Assembly (NCBI GenBank): GCA_013239625.1
Contig: MU054187.1
Span: 18,158,711-18,222,710, forward strand
Length of the DNA stretch: 64,000 nucleotides
Source: Lama guanicoe
Lineage: Eukaryota
Reading direction: 5' to 3'
The position numbers and the translations under genes are program-made. Each line of letters begins with the position of its first letter. Positions within the stretch are counted from its first letter, which is position 1. Shown here piece by piece: positions 52,007 to 64,000 of the stretch. Below the pieces are notes generated by a model that saw nothing but the letters and a program-made list of their open reading frames with translations, searched no databases and was not told where the DNA came from.

Positions 52007-52481
52007 TGTTGACCACTCGGTTCATATACAACCTAACTCTTCCCTCTTATCTCTTTGTTGGAGGAGGTCATCAGGTGGGTGTGATCATTGGTTGAATCTC
52101 AGACTGGATCTGAGCAATGGAAGGTTCCTTACCCCTTCCCCTCTACTTGGAATGTATGATCTTCCCACTGTTGCCACCCTAGGAGCCAAATGAAGGATGT
52201 AGCCTTAACAGAGCAATGTGTTGTTGAGACCATCTGGACTGGATAGTGACTGAACCTCATCAAGGCCTCCGTGTAAACTCTTAAGATTCTGGTGGGCGGG
52301 AGCAGAGATCTGTTTGTCTGGTTGCCATCCAAGACATGCCTTGAATGTAAGTTTCTTGTTTATTAAAACTGTCTCCTACTCATCTTGAGTGACCTGCCGC
52401 TTTGTTCAATCTCTCCTTGCGCTCCGTATAAGAATCCAGTGTCGATATCACCCAGGGAGCTCTCGAAGTAGCAAACCAACA
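52007..52481 (+). mobile_element. ERVL LTR (MER54/MER74-like)
   Basis: TG...CA ends; gagaccatctggactg, tgtaagtttc...attaaa, gcaaaccaaca terminus. Confidence 0.65.
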
Positions 52482-53469
52482 CTCTCCATGTGAAAACCTG
52501 CCCTTCAGCAACTAAACCTCCACGCTCATTTTCTCTCAGCCCCTAAACTACTGAGTAGCGTCCATATCATAACCCCTGCCTCCAGGGTTTTGAAACCCAC
52601 CAATCCCCAAGCCAAGGCCACTTAGCACTCCTGCAGGACCAGCTTATTCCCATCACTGGGAATATAAAGAACTAAAAGGGCGATAAGATTGCATGTAGGT
52701 CATGAGGCTGCTCACCTGTTCCAACCTTATATTCACATTTCCCTAGGTCTTGCTTCTGTGATTAAACTGAAGCCTTCCATATTAAGTCAAAGATCAGGAC
52801 CCTGGAGCATTTCCTTCAGAATATTGCTTGAGTTTGCCCATTAGTACCATTCCAGGATCCTCTTTAATCCGAGTCTAAGCTCCTGCCTTGTGTCCACCAG
52901 AGGCTTCAGCTTCAGATTAGACATATCCCATGATATCAGACTTACAGAATTCTGGTCAGCTCTGGACACACTGCCTTTACCAGCCCTCCATGTCCTCCAC
53001 CATCTGTCTTAACCCTTTCACAATCAGCTTCCAATCCTTTAGCACTGTGTCCCAAGCCCTGTCACCTCTCTCTAGGCTCCGAGACTCTACCCATCCTGCA
53101 TCAATCTATCCCGGCACACCACCACCACCCAGAGTCCTCACCAATTTCATTGATCACTACAATCTCTCCCTAGAAAAAATCTTATCAATTGCAGTGGATG
53201 TTAAAATCCAATTTAAAGGCTAATAAAAAAATCAGAAATATACATATTTCCCTATATGCTTGGTATTGTGTTTTCGAGCTGACTAACATTGGTGGAGAAA
53301 AGAATTTAAAGAAAAGTCAAATAACCATAAAAATTTAATTAAAATACCAAGAAAGCAACAATTTATTAGCAGAGCAGGGCATTTTCGAATGGCTATTGTT
53401 GACAATGACAACAACCTTCCTGTGTATATATAATATCTATCTATATGATCTTTATAATATAATACACTC

Positions 53470-53660
53470 CCTTCGAGCCTCACAAAAACCCTTTACCACA
53501 GTAGAGCAGGTACTTTCACAATATACTTTGAACTAATAAGGAAACCAGGTTGAAAGCGCTCAAGTTTATGCCTGAAATTCACACACCAAGCAGGTGGCAA
53601 AACCAGGGTTTGAAACCAACACTTCTGAATCCAAAGGGACTGCGCTTCCTGATCCAAAAC
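53470..53660 (-). mobile_element. MIR
   Basis: cctcacaaaaaccct...aaggaaacc...gggtttgaaacc...ttctgaatccaaag. Confidence 0.65.
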
Positions 53661-54679
53661 ATGGTGCCCATCTAATCTCCCCGGCTGTTCCCTTGCTACC
53701 CTACATCCCACCTCATCTCATACACATCCTATTACATGTTTACTCCATTCCTTGTGCCGATATGTCTTTCTCCACTATTTCTCTGACAAATAAGCTCCTC
53801 ATTCTTCCAGACCAATCCCAGGTCATTTCCTCTGTAAACCATCACCTGACTCCCTGATAAGGATCCTTATCCTCTCTTCTCTGCTCAAAGAGACATTTAT
53901 GATTCATATGTTTTGGATTTTTCTAGCATGTTTATCTCCAATAGATTATTTTTATTAAAAATAAACTTTTACTATTTTTACTATGCAGCAAGTGTATATA
54001 TATATGCATAGCAGAAATTTAAAGATACAGATATCACAGTAAGAAGATTAAATAGCTATATCCCTACAGTCCAAAGATAACCAGTAATACCTTATTGTAA
54101 ATTCTTCCACTTCTTTTTCTACTCACAAATATAAATATATACATGTGTGCTGAGACAAGATCAAACTGTAGTGTTATTTTTCCCATAGACTGTTAACTCT
54201 TTAAGAGATCCACCTTTATAATTCTCTCCATCACAGGAGTGTCTGGCTTGGGTCTGACTCAGACTAAGGACTAATAAATATTTTTACATACAGGCACAGA
54301 TGCCCACAAGAAAGAAATTAAAATGTGAGTTCAGTTTCTCGACATTCATTGAGAAGGACTTGCACCTTAAGAACCATCTACGATGTCCATGACCCATGAG
54401 TCACTCTTAACTGAAGAATTAATGTTCATTAGGGACACCTGTCTCAAGATAATGTGATTGAGTTAAAGAAAAAAGAGAGATGGTTGAAAGTAGAAGTTGG
54501 GACCGGGAGATGGAGTAGCCATGGGTGTACTCTTGGATCCCTTCCTGTAGAGAAGATAGCCACAGCAAGGGTGTCCACAGGCCTGGTGCTATGGCCCAGC
54601 TGATCTTGAAGCCAACAGAAAGACTAAGCGTATGTCAGACATTCAAATTCTCTTCTGCTTCACAAAGAATATGCATTGA

Positions 54680-55061
54680 ACTATTTACAATAGCCAAGAC
54701 CTGGAAGCAATTTAAATGCCCAGAATGAAATAATGCCATTTTTAGCAACATGGATGGACCTAGAGATTATCATATTAAGTGCAATCAGAAAGAGAAAGAC
54801 AAATACCATATGATATCACTTATATGTGGAATCTAAAGTATGACACAAATGAACTTATTTATGAAACAGAAGCAGACTCATAGGCGTAGAAAACAAACAT
54901 GGTTACCAAAGAGGGAAGGGGATGGGGAAAGGATAAATTAAGAGTTTGGGACTAGCAGATACAAACTACCATATAGAAAACAGATAAACAGCAAGGGCGT
55001 CCTGTATAGCAGAGGGAACTATATTCAATACCCTGTAATAAACTATAATGGAAAAGAAAAA
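54680..55061 (+). mobile_element. 5'-truncated L1 3' end (cetartiodactyl type)
   Basis: gcaacatggatggacctagagattatcata, cacttatatgtggaatctaaa, gacacaaatgaacttattta, gggaactatattcaata. Confidence 0.92.
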
Positions 55062-55189
55062 AAGAATATGCATGGGTATCTCTTTCCATAAATCAGAAGA
55101 ATATGCATTGATATCCTTCCATAAAGCAAGAGACCTGCAGTGTGAATGCTTACTCTGCTAATGCTCAGTGATCCTTCTCCTTTCTACAG

Positions 55190-55242
55190 AGACATCTGGG
55201 CCTAAAAAGATCTTCAGAAGAATCTATACATTATATGGAAAG
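55190..55242 (+). other. candidate internal exon (53 nt)
   Basis: ccttctcctttctacag acceptor, AAG|gtaaaa donor. Confidence 0.25.
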
Positions 55243-55554
55243 GTAAAAGTGCGAGAAAGTATGAGATTCTATCCATTACTGATCATAATATCATGGAGGG
55301 AGGATTCACGCTTTGTGGCCTTGGGCAAGTCACCTAAAAACTCTTTGGCTTGGTTTCTTTAACTACTGCTAGTTATAGTAACAAGTACTTGCCCTATGTA
55401 ACTATTGTCATATAGTTGTTTTAAAGTTAAAACGTTAATTAACTTCTCTGTGTCTCAATTCCTTTACCTAAAAAGAGCCCAGAAATAATAACAACACCTA
55501 TCTCATAGAGTAGTGGTAAAAATTAATTGAGTATATGAAATACTGAAATATGTT

Positions 55555-55688
55555 TCATATGCAAAGATATTTCTCCAGAGAAGATATACAAATAGCCATG
55601 AAGCATAATAAAATATCCTCAACATCACTAATTATCAGAGAAATCAAAACCACAATGAGATACCACCTCATTCCTGTAAGGATGACTA

Positions 55689-55727
<39 letters not shown>

Positions 55728-56400
55728 ATAAGTGTTGGCAAGTAAATAGAGAAACTGGAATCCTTCCCTGTTCACTGTTGTTGGGAATGTAAACTGGTGC
55801 AACCACTATGGAAAATAGTGTGGAGTTTCCTAAAAAGAATTAAAAATAGAATTACTACATGATCTGTCAATTTCACTTTGGGGTTTATAGTAAAAAAAAA
55901 TTGAAAAGAGGATCTCAAAGAGATGCTTGCACACCTATGGTTATTGCAGCATTATGCACAATAAGCAAAAGGTAGAGGAACTTAAATATCCATCAATGGA
56001 TGAATAAAGAAAATATAGCATACACATGTAATGGAATATTACTCAACCTTTAAAAAGGAGGAAATCCTGTCATGTGCGATAGCATGGACAAAACTGAAGG
56101 ACATTATGCTAAGTAAACAGTTACAACAATACAAATACAGCATGGTTCCACTTATATGAGGTATCTAAAGTAATAAAACTCATAGAAACAGAAAATAGAA
56201 GGTGTACCAGGGGGCTGGAGGAGGGGCAGTTGGGGAGTTGTTGTTCAGCGGGTATAACATCTCAGTCATGCAGGACAGTGAGGAGGATGGTTGCAAAATA
56301 ACGTGCATAGGGTTGACAGTATTGTATTCTTGGAAATTGTTGGAAGGATGAATTTTGTGGGGTTTTTTCTTTGCCACTATTTTTTTTTTAAATTGGAAGA
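55555..56400 (+). mobile_element. L1MA-like 3' end with (CA)n at about 55694-55722
   Basis: aaccacaatgagataccacctca, ccactatggaaaatagt, ggacattatgctaagt, ccacttatatgaggtatcta. Confidence 0.9.
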
Positions 56401-57879
56401 AACAAACTCTGTGGCTGAGATTGACATTCGATTATATCTAAATCCCCAGAGCCCAGCCTGAGACTTGGCAAAGAGCAAGGGTTTAAAAATTGTTTCTCAG
56501 AGGAAGAAAGCCTGAATGAATGCAAGAATGAACTTGAGATTAAAATTTTAAATGTATTCAGCTACTGGATATTTGATGGGAACCCTTTCCTCTCTCAACC
56601 TTGGGTTTGGTTTCCATGGTGGTGATTAGAAGATTAATAGCCACAAGGGAATATTCTTATGATGGTCAAAAAGATTCAAAAGTGTTATTTTCAGATAAAG
56701 AGCTCTGTGAGAATAGAAAATTCCAGAGTCACTGAATGCTTTTTTCCTCCAAGAAACTTTCTCTAAAGTGAAAAAATAGCCTCTTTCTGAGCCGTCATTG
56801 TCAGCAATTCTTGCTTCTTCAATTTTTCTTTTTTATTATCTCAGGCTTCTGAAAAGTAATATTTCCCTATAATGAGACAAGTTTCCCTCCTATTACACAT
56901 TTGAGCTTGCTTCTTGAATTATAAAGTCTAAATGTAGGTCACTTCTCTGAAATACTGCAGGAGCTAGAAGGATCTGAAGCAAAGGTGATCAGAAGCTGAG
57001 TCATGCAACGTTGGCCTCCTTACAGGAAGACATCCTCAGCAAGTTCACCCAGTGTTCCTGGACCAAGGGCTCAAGGGGTCACTCTCTTTTGAATCCAATC
57101 TAAGGGAGTAGCCAAAAGCAGAATATATTCACTCATTTATTCAAAGACCTCAGCATCAGGCACTCAACTACAAAGACCAGTCAGATGCTCAAGTGCTTTC
57201 TGATAAATTTGAACTTTACCTTGAAGATCACTGGAAGTGGAGTGACATGAAGAGACAGGTTCTTCAGAAAGACCATTAGCATGAGTGTGTAGGATGGATT
57301 AGGGAGCAGGAGACAGAAATGGGGAAACTGGTTACATGACTATTGCTGCTCTTCAGAAGAGATACTATTAAAGTCTGAACTAGGGACAAGTTGGTAGGAA
57401 TGAAGAAGGTAGAAAAGACTCAGAAGATTTTTGTTAATACATGACTTTCCTGCAAAACTTGAGCCAAACTTAGTCCATTTAAGCAGCCCAGAAGGGGCAG
57501 CTCAATTACACATGGCCACATACCCACCTGTAGAACATCTGGGGCATCTTTTCTATAAGTGTTCATACATGTATCTACTTATCCTTGCAGCTGGAGAAAT
57601 ACGTGCAAAGAGAAACAAGATTTAGTCTTTGTTACAAAATTATCAGTCACTCAGTTTAATAAATGGACTCTATAATAGTCATCCAAAGCTGGCAGTAATA
57701 AACTTTGTTATGGGATCAGGGAGTGGGGACAATGCCAAAGGGCGATGCCGAAGCAGCATCTCAAATATAGTGCAGGAGTTTGCTAGGCTGTGGGAACATA
57801 CCCGGCCAGGTGCAGAAGAAACATCCCAAACTTAAAGTATCACCTTTTGACCAAGTCATATAAGTTTGTGTTTTTTTTA

Positions 57880-58650
57880 ATTGTAGGTCATGAAGTCACT
57901 TTAGGGATAAATATGCCACAATTATGTTTATCCCTTCACATATTGAAAGACATTAGGTTTGTGTCCACTTTATGTAACCTTATTACAAATAAGGCTGCTA
58001 CGAATAGTCCGATACAAATCTTTGAATGGTTATGTAAATTTCTCTTGGATAAATGCATAGGGGTGGAACGACTAAGTGTATTCTTAACTTTTTAAGAAAC
58101 TGCCAACCTGTTTTCCAAAGTAATTATATCATGTTGCATTCCCACCAGCAGTGTATGACAGTTCAAGTTGTTCCACATCCTCCTTGACACTTGGACAATT
58201 GTCAGTCTTTTTAATTTTAGATATTTTCATCAATATGTGTTGGTATCTCTTTATGGTTCTAACCTGCATCTCCCTAATGACTAAAGAAGTTGAGCATTTT
58301 AAGTGTTTATTATATAAGCATGTACGTATACATGTTATATGTATATCATAGAATTTGTACATATATACTATGGAATATATGTGTATATGAGGTACACCAT
58401 ATTTATCATATGCATTACATATACATATAGTCTATAGGAAAATGACTCAAATATTTTTCTTTTTGTTTATCAAATCCTTCTGTTCATTGGGATTTTATAC
58501 TCATTAGTAAGCAGTTAAGTGTTCTTTGTATATTCTAAATAAAAATCTTTGTTTAACATTTGTTTTGGAAATTTTTTCCCATTCTGTGGTTTGTCTTTTT
58601 AGTTTCTTAACAGTGTCTTTTGAGAAGAAAAGTTTTTACATGTTGATGAA
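57880..58650 (-). mobile_element. old L1M fragment
   Basis: aagaaactgccaacctgttttccaaagt, cattcccaccagcagtgtatga, tgcatctccctaatgact. Confidence 0.88.

Positions 58651-58651
<1 letters not shown>

Positions 58652-58698
<47 letters not shown>
58652..58698. repeat. (TG)n microsatellite
   Basis: direct reading; adjacent to gap. Confidence 0.95.
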
Positions 58699-58699
<1 letters not shown>

Positions 58700-58718
58700 G
58701 TGGATATGTGAATGGGAA

Positions 58719-58908
58719 NNNNNNNNNNNNNNNNNNNNNNNNNNNNNNNNNNNNNNNNNNNNNNNNNNNNNNNNNNNNNNNNNNNNNNNNNNNNNNNNNN
58801 NNNNNNNNNNNNNNNNNNNNNNNNNNNNNNNNNNNNNNNNNNNNNNNNNNNNNNNNNNNNNNNNNNNNNNNNNNNNNNNNNNNNNNNNNNNNNNNNNNNN
58901 NNNNNNNN
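58719..58908. other. assembly gap (190 N)
   Basis: run of n. Confidence 1.
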
Positions 58909-59169
58909 TGATCACTTTCAATGAATTATTTCTGTATAAATTGGCAAGTAAAAAATATGCTCAAAAAGTGCAAGTTGAGGAACCAGAAAAATCTAAGTTA
59001 AAATTCCAGCTTTCCCTGTGGCCTTGAGAATTTTACTTAATATCTCATTGATTACAAACTGGTGAATTGGGCAATTGAAAATGAAATCTATGAAAAAGGA
59101 TTTCTTAGAATTCTCTATTGAGGTATAATTGACATATTAGTTTCAGGTGACATACTAGTTCCACAGGGA

Positions 59170-60895
59170 TTTTTTTTTTAGAAATTGAAAAATTGATTCT
59201 AAGATTTATATAAAAATGTAAAGGACTAGAAAAGCTAAAACACCTTAAAAAATAATTTGATGGACTTATACTACTAGATTCTAAGACATAGATATATCTA
59301 CAGTAATCAAGTCAAAGTTGTATTTGAATATAAAAACAGACAAATCAAGGGAACAGAATAGAGGGTTTAGAAATAGATGAATACATAAAAAGTCAGTTGT
59401 CTTCAATAATGCAATTTGATGATAGTGGAACAATTGGATAAAAAAAAAAGAAGAGAAAAATGATTTTCTACCATTATCTCAAATAATGAAATTAACAGCA
59501 TAATAATTTGAGATGAACTATAGATATAAATGTAAAATTTAACACTATAAAGCTTTAAACCATATTGGAAAATACAATAGCCATTAACCGCATGTGGCCA
59601 TACAAAATTAAATTTCACTTGATTAAGATGAAATGAAATTTAAATTTGATTTCTCAGCCACACTATCCATATTTCAAATTCTTAATAACCAGTCTAGCTA
59701 AAGGTTATGATATTGGACAGAGTAAACAGAAATTCTAATGAAGACTGCTCTTCTAGAAGACAATAGAGGAGAATATCTTCACAAGCTTGGGGCAAGAAAA
59801 GATTTCTTAAATAGGGCACAGAAGTTGCTAACAACAAAACTTAAAAATCCATAAACTGAACTTTCTCAAAACTTAAGCATCCATTCATCAAAAAACACTG
59901 TCAATAAAATGAATAGATAAGACACAGACTAGCAGAAAATATTCACAACACATATATCTGAAGAAGTGTTCTGTATGCAGAATATATAAAGAATTTCTAC
60001 AATTCTATTAAAAAAGAGCAGAAAATCCAATAAAAATGGAGAAAAGGAACAAAAATTGTAAATCAACTATACTTCAATTAAAAAAATGTTTTAAAGATTT
60101 GAACAGACAACTCACAAAAGAAAGCATGCAAATGACCAATATGTACACACAAAAAAGTGCTCAGTATCGTTGGTCATCAGCAAAATGCTGACGGAAATCA
60201 CAAAGACTTCACTAGACACCTGCTATTGCGGCTAAATTTAAAAAGAATGACACACTTGGTATCGGTGAGGATGTGAAGCATTCAAAACTCTCAAATATTG
60301 CCATTGAGAATGTAAAATGATACATTTTGGAAAACTATTTGGCTGTGTCTTAATAAAGTTAAACATATAAGTGTATGTTTAAGCTATAAAATTGCTCTGA
60401 CTTGGCAACTGCACTTGGGTGATGGAGAAATGATAGCACACTTCTACACAAGTACCAGCATACAAACGCTCCCTGGCAACATAATTAATGTTAACCTCAA
60501 ACTTGAAACAACCCAAATATCCTTCAGGAAATAATCAAATTTTAGTATATCCATATAATGAAATACTAAATATTTAATGGGACAAACTGCCCATATATAG
60601 AACAATATAGATGAACCTCAAAACTTTTTGCTGAGATAAAAGAGCCACGTTTTAAAGATAAACACTGTATGAGTTCATTTATATGAAGGTCGAGAAGAGG
60701 CAAAACTAATCTATACCTTTGGAAGGAGGTCATTTCCTGGAAAGGAGCATGACTGAATTTTCTGGAACGATGGACATGTTCTACATCTTGTTCGAGGTAA
60801 TGTGTTCATGTGTAGATGCATTTGTCAAAAACCTCTGAACTGCATTTATCATATGTGCATTTCACTCTACATAAATTCTCCCTTGATTAAAAATA
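59170..60895 (+). mobile_element. old L1M(E) ORF2-3' end with a MER33-like hAT insert at about 59575-59755
   Basis: gaaattgaaaaattgattctaa, acagtaatcaag, aagatttcttaaatagg, caaaactaatctat; insert tagccattaaccgcatgtggcca...atattggacag. Confidence 0.85.
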
Positions 60896-61496
60896 AACAG
60901 CTCTGGAGGGATTAAAGGAGCCACGTGTGTGAAGGTGAGTTCTGAATGTGCCTTTCCTCTCAGTGTCTGCAGTGACTGCATCTCTACATGTGTGTGCTTC
61001 TGGCTCACCTAAACCCAAATGCCCTCATAAGACATTCATCATGAAACACTCCATTATCAATTTCCCACGCAGAAGTAGAGGCTTCACCTCCTGTGGTCTC
61101 CAAAGCTTCAACTAGCAGAGCCCAGCCTGTTCTTTATGCCTCTGCTTTTGGTTTATTGAGCATAACTCATCACAAAGAGTCTGACCAACTCAGTATGTCC
61201 TGGACAGCTAGAGCTTTTCTTATTCCAGCAGCAGCCGACCCAACTGCTAGTCATCTTGGAGATCAAAAATCTACTGTCTCATTCTAGGCTTGTAAACCTG
61301 AGCCCAGACTTGGGCAGACATCTTAAAGCCTGCTATCAATTAATTTTGTTACTTTCATATTCTATAAATCTAACAATAAATAAATAATAATGTTCAAACA
61401 TCCATTTTGCATTTGCTTTGTTTATTGCATTTTTAGGCACATCGTTTAGTTTTCAAGTGACCTGGATATGCTCAAACATATATCAACATCAAGTAG

Positions 61497-61510
61497 GTTG
61501 CCATGGGAAC
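61497..61510. promoter_or_regulatory. RFX X-box motif
   Basis: GTTGCCATGGGAAC, 13/14 match to GTTGCCATGGCAAC. Confidence 0.5.
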
Positions 61511-62459
61511 AGAAGGTGGCTGCACATTGAGATTTACGGGCAGGTAATTTAAAAAAGCCTGGAGCAAAGGATGAGTGCTTGATAGTGTCTTGAGCCCCCA
61601 AGGCATATCAAAATTAAATAAAGCACTAAGTCTTGAAGTAAGGGGAGGCTATTATACAGTGAACAGTAGCTGAAATACTAAAGCATTTTCTCCTAAATAT
61701 CTGGTTGTCAGAATATGCATTATGATTTTGATGGGAAAAATCAGATCTGGATTCTCTCTGTATTTACTCACTAGATCAAAAAACATAATAGTTTGAAAAT
61801 CATTGAGTGTATGCTTTATTCATAATATTAATGATCCTCAAAGATGGATTAATAGTGAAGAGAGAGAGAGAGAACCACAGACTCGGAATTAAAAGAATCC
61901 TTAAAATTAACTCACAATTTAGGGATCAGTGACCCCTGATTCTGGGGAAGGGTCCAGTCATGTATTTCGTTAAGAGCCCCAGTTTGGAGACTACTGATAC
62001 TGCCATTCTCTCTAAACAACACAAATGTATCCATACTAAGTCATGAAAATGTGATTTTCTGACCTCTTTATAAACTCATTCAGTGGCATGAAACTCACAC
62101 GCTCACAAAGAATAATAGTTGTAAAATGTGACTTTTGTAAGACACCTAAACTTTGGAAGGTTTGATTAGCACTTGTCATCTCTCCCACAGGTCAGTAAAA
62201 GTGAGCGAAGGGTGAATTTTACCTTCTTAACCTTCCTACCTACTTACTGGCATGGCCATTTTCATAGCCTTCGCTTAAAACACCCTCATTGTCAAAGTCA
62301 AAACTCTTTATGATGGCATGGCTCCACATGCTCTAGGAAATGTTTCCTATAAGTTGTCTAATTTTTAGACAAAATAGTGTTCAATTTCAAAATGTTCCAT
62401 TAGAACCCTGGTTCTGTGAAAGACATTAGTATCTTCTACGAGTAAATCCATAATCACAT

Positions 62460-62700
62460 GGTATCCCAGAAAGAATACAAGATTTAGAGTCAAAAGAACT
62501 CATCTTGGGTACTGTTTGCTGTATATCACCTGTGTGAAGTTAGACATTTAATTTCTCTAAATCTTAATTTCTTTCTTTGTAAAGTGATAACATTAATCAT
62601 GCTGAGCTCCCAGAGTTTCCGGTTAGATTTTAAATAATAATGTGTGTAAAAACATTTTTAGAATCAAAATCATAGACAATTATAAACGTTCAATATTTTG
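62460..62700 (+). mobile_element. MIR
   Basis: atttagagtca...ctgtgtgaagtt...tttctttctttgtaaagtg...aaataataatgtgtgtaaa. Confidence 0.6.
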
Positions 62701-63810
62701 AAGCTGAAAAGTATCACTTGTTTCTACTCTTTCTTCAATAACACTGGACAGTAATCTTGGATAACATAATAGTATCACGGGATTATAGAAATAAGGGTCA
62801 CAACTCAATGATGAAGGAAGGTTGCACAGTTAACACAGCTCAAATAATAATAATTGCTGTCATTTATTGGGTGTCAATCAAATGCTGAGAAATCTACACT
62901 ATATCATTGATCACCAACACTATGAAGTAGAGCTTAGGTCGGTTTTTGAGATATTAAAATCAGGTGTTGTGAGCATTTTGTTTTTATTCACCATCATGCC
63001 CTCGAGAGAACAACTCATCCCCATTTCATGACATCTTAATGAAGCTTTCTACCACTGCTTCTTGACTTCCTCTGGCCATAGGAGCAAAATTATGCAAAAC
63101 TGGAACAATAAGTCATCTTTTTGTGGATTTCTACGAACTCTGGGAGGAAGGTCTCTTTGTGAATTACTAAGATGATTAGAGTCTGAAGCTTCCGGCGGTC
63201 ATCTTGCTTACTGCACACCACCAACCTCCTTGCAGAATAAAGTCAAGCAGAAACAAGCAGCACTGAACAGGGCAAAGCCCCATTAACATCGCTGGAGCCT
63301 GATCTAATCAAATCCAAGCTATTTTCTCAGATCCAAGTTATAAGAGCAATGAATTCCTTTTCGGTTAAGCTTATTTGAACTACTGTGAAAGGAAGGATGC
63401 AGAATTTCCTGTGACAGAGTAACAGAGTTACTCACGCCTGAAGTTCCGCACAACTGATGAAGCAGCCGCTGATCTCTGTCTAATCATTTACCGCTTGTGT
63501 GATGTTCTATCATTGTGACTTCATCTCTGAAATGACACCATGCAGCCAATTGCCAAAGTGAGTCAGTCTGCTGACAACGCTTGATACTAACAGCACTTAT
63601 ATCATTCAATTCTACTTTCCTTTGAGGTTGAAATGAAGGATCACTACGTCCCCAAGCAGTCTGGCAACTTTGGGGGAAAAAAAAAGGAATGTATGTGCAA
63701 TACAGGCTGAATAAAGAGCACACTGAACATCAGAATAAAACAGAGGCTATAATTACAAGAGGTTCAAACTGAATCCTGTGGGTGTGAGAATGCACTTGAG
63801 TTGCACTTAC

Positions 63811-63941
63811 TTGTTTTCTGGTTTTGTTTGGGGGGATGTAGTTAGGCTTATTTACTTATTTTAATGGAAGAGCTGGGGATTGAACCCAGGACCTTATGCA
63901 TGCTAAGCACGCGCTCTACCACGGAGCTATACCCTCTCCCC
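63811..63941 (-). mobile_element. tRNA-derived SINE (Vic-1-like)
   Basis: ggggattgaacccaggacc...gctctaccacggagctataccctc; tgca(c/t)ttgagtt at 63791-63802 and 63942-63953. Confidence 0.93.
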
Positions 63942-64000
63942 TGCATTTGAGTTTAAGATTGTTGGTGCAGAGCTTTACAGTCAAGGATGTCTATTTTGAG

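Noticed and set aside
58607..59027. ORFs with X runs and CV repeats
   Set aside because: Artefacts of the N gap and the (TG)n microsatellite.
60359..60382. Hairpin ttaaacata...tatgtttaa
   Set aside because: Short, AT-rich and inside L1; compatible with chance or a local template switch.

Overview
This is AT-rich, repeat-dense placental-mammal genomic DNA, not prokaryotic. It is most likely a camelid, inferred from four near-complete tRNA-derived SINEs (plus one fragment) with the Vic-1-type tail (AAAT)n-AAACCTAATTACCTCCCC and a camelid-type L1 3' end. Much of the window is recognisable interspersed repeat: MaLR/ERVL/ERV1 LTRs, L1, L2, MIR and hAT MERs. There are two N gaps. The main non-repeat landmark is a CpG island at about 39.75-40.46 kb carrying consensus splice donors on both strands. 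Several exon-like segments with good acceptors and donors lie on the minus strand (26100-26210, 24820-24898, 1611-1669, and a signal-peptide-like exon at 51757-51826) and the plus strand (41896-41907, 55190-55242). I cannot assign a gene name and no ORF-track entry resembles a protein I recognise. The sequence does not support a new biological system. The best leads are a candidate bidirectional spliced transcription unit, a poly(A)-tailed retrocopy of an MLT1 LTR 3' end, a SINE with extra 3' sequence inside its TSDs, an L1 with a templated flank insertion, a CpG-enriched L2 relic and a 246-bp tandem duplication. Repeat family names are by-eye recognitions, not database hits, and their boundaries are approximate.
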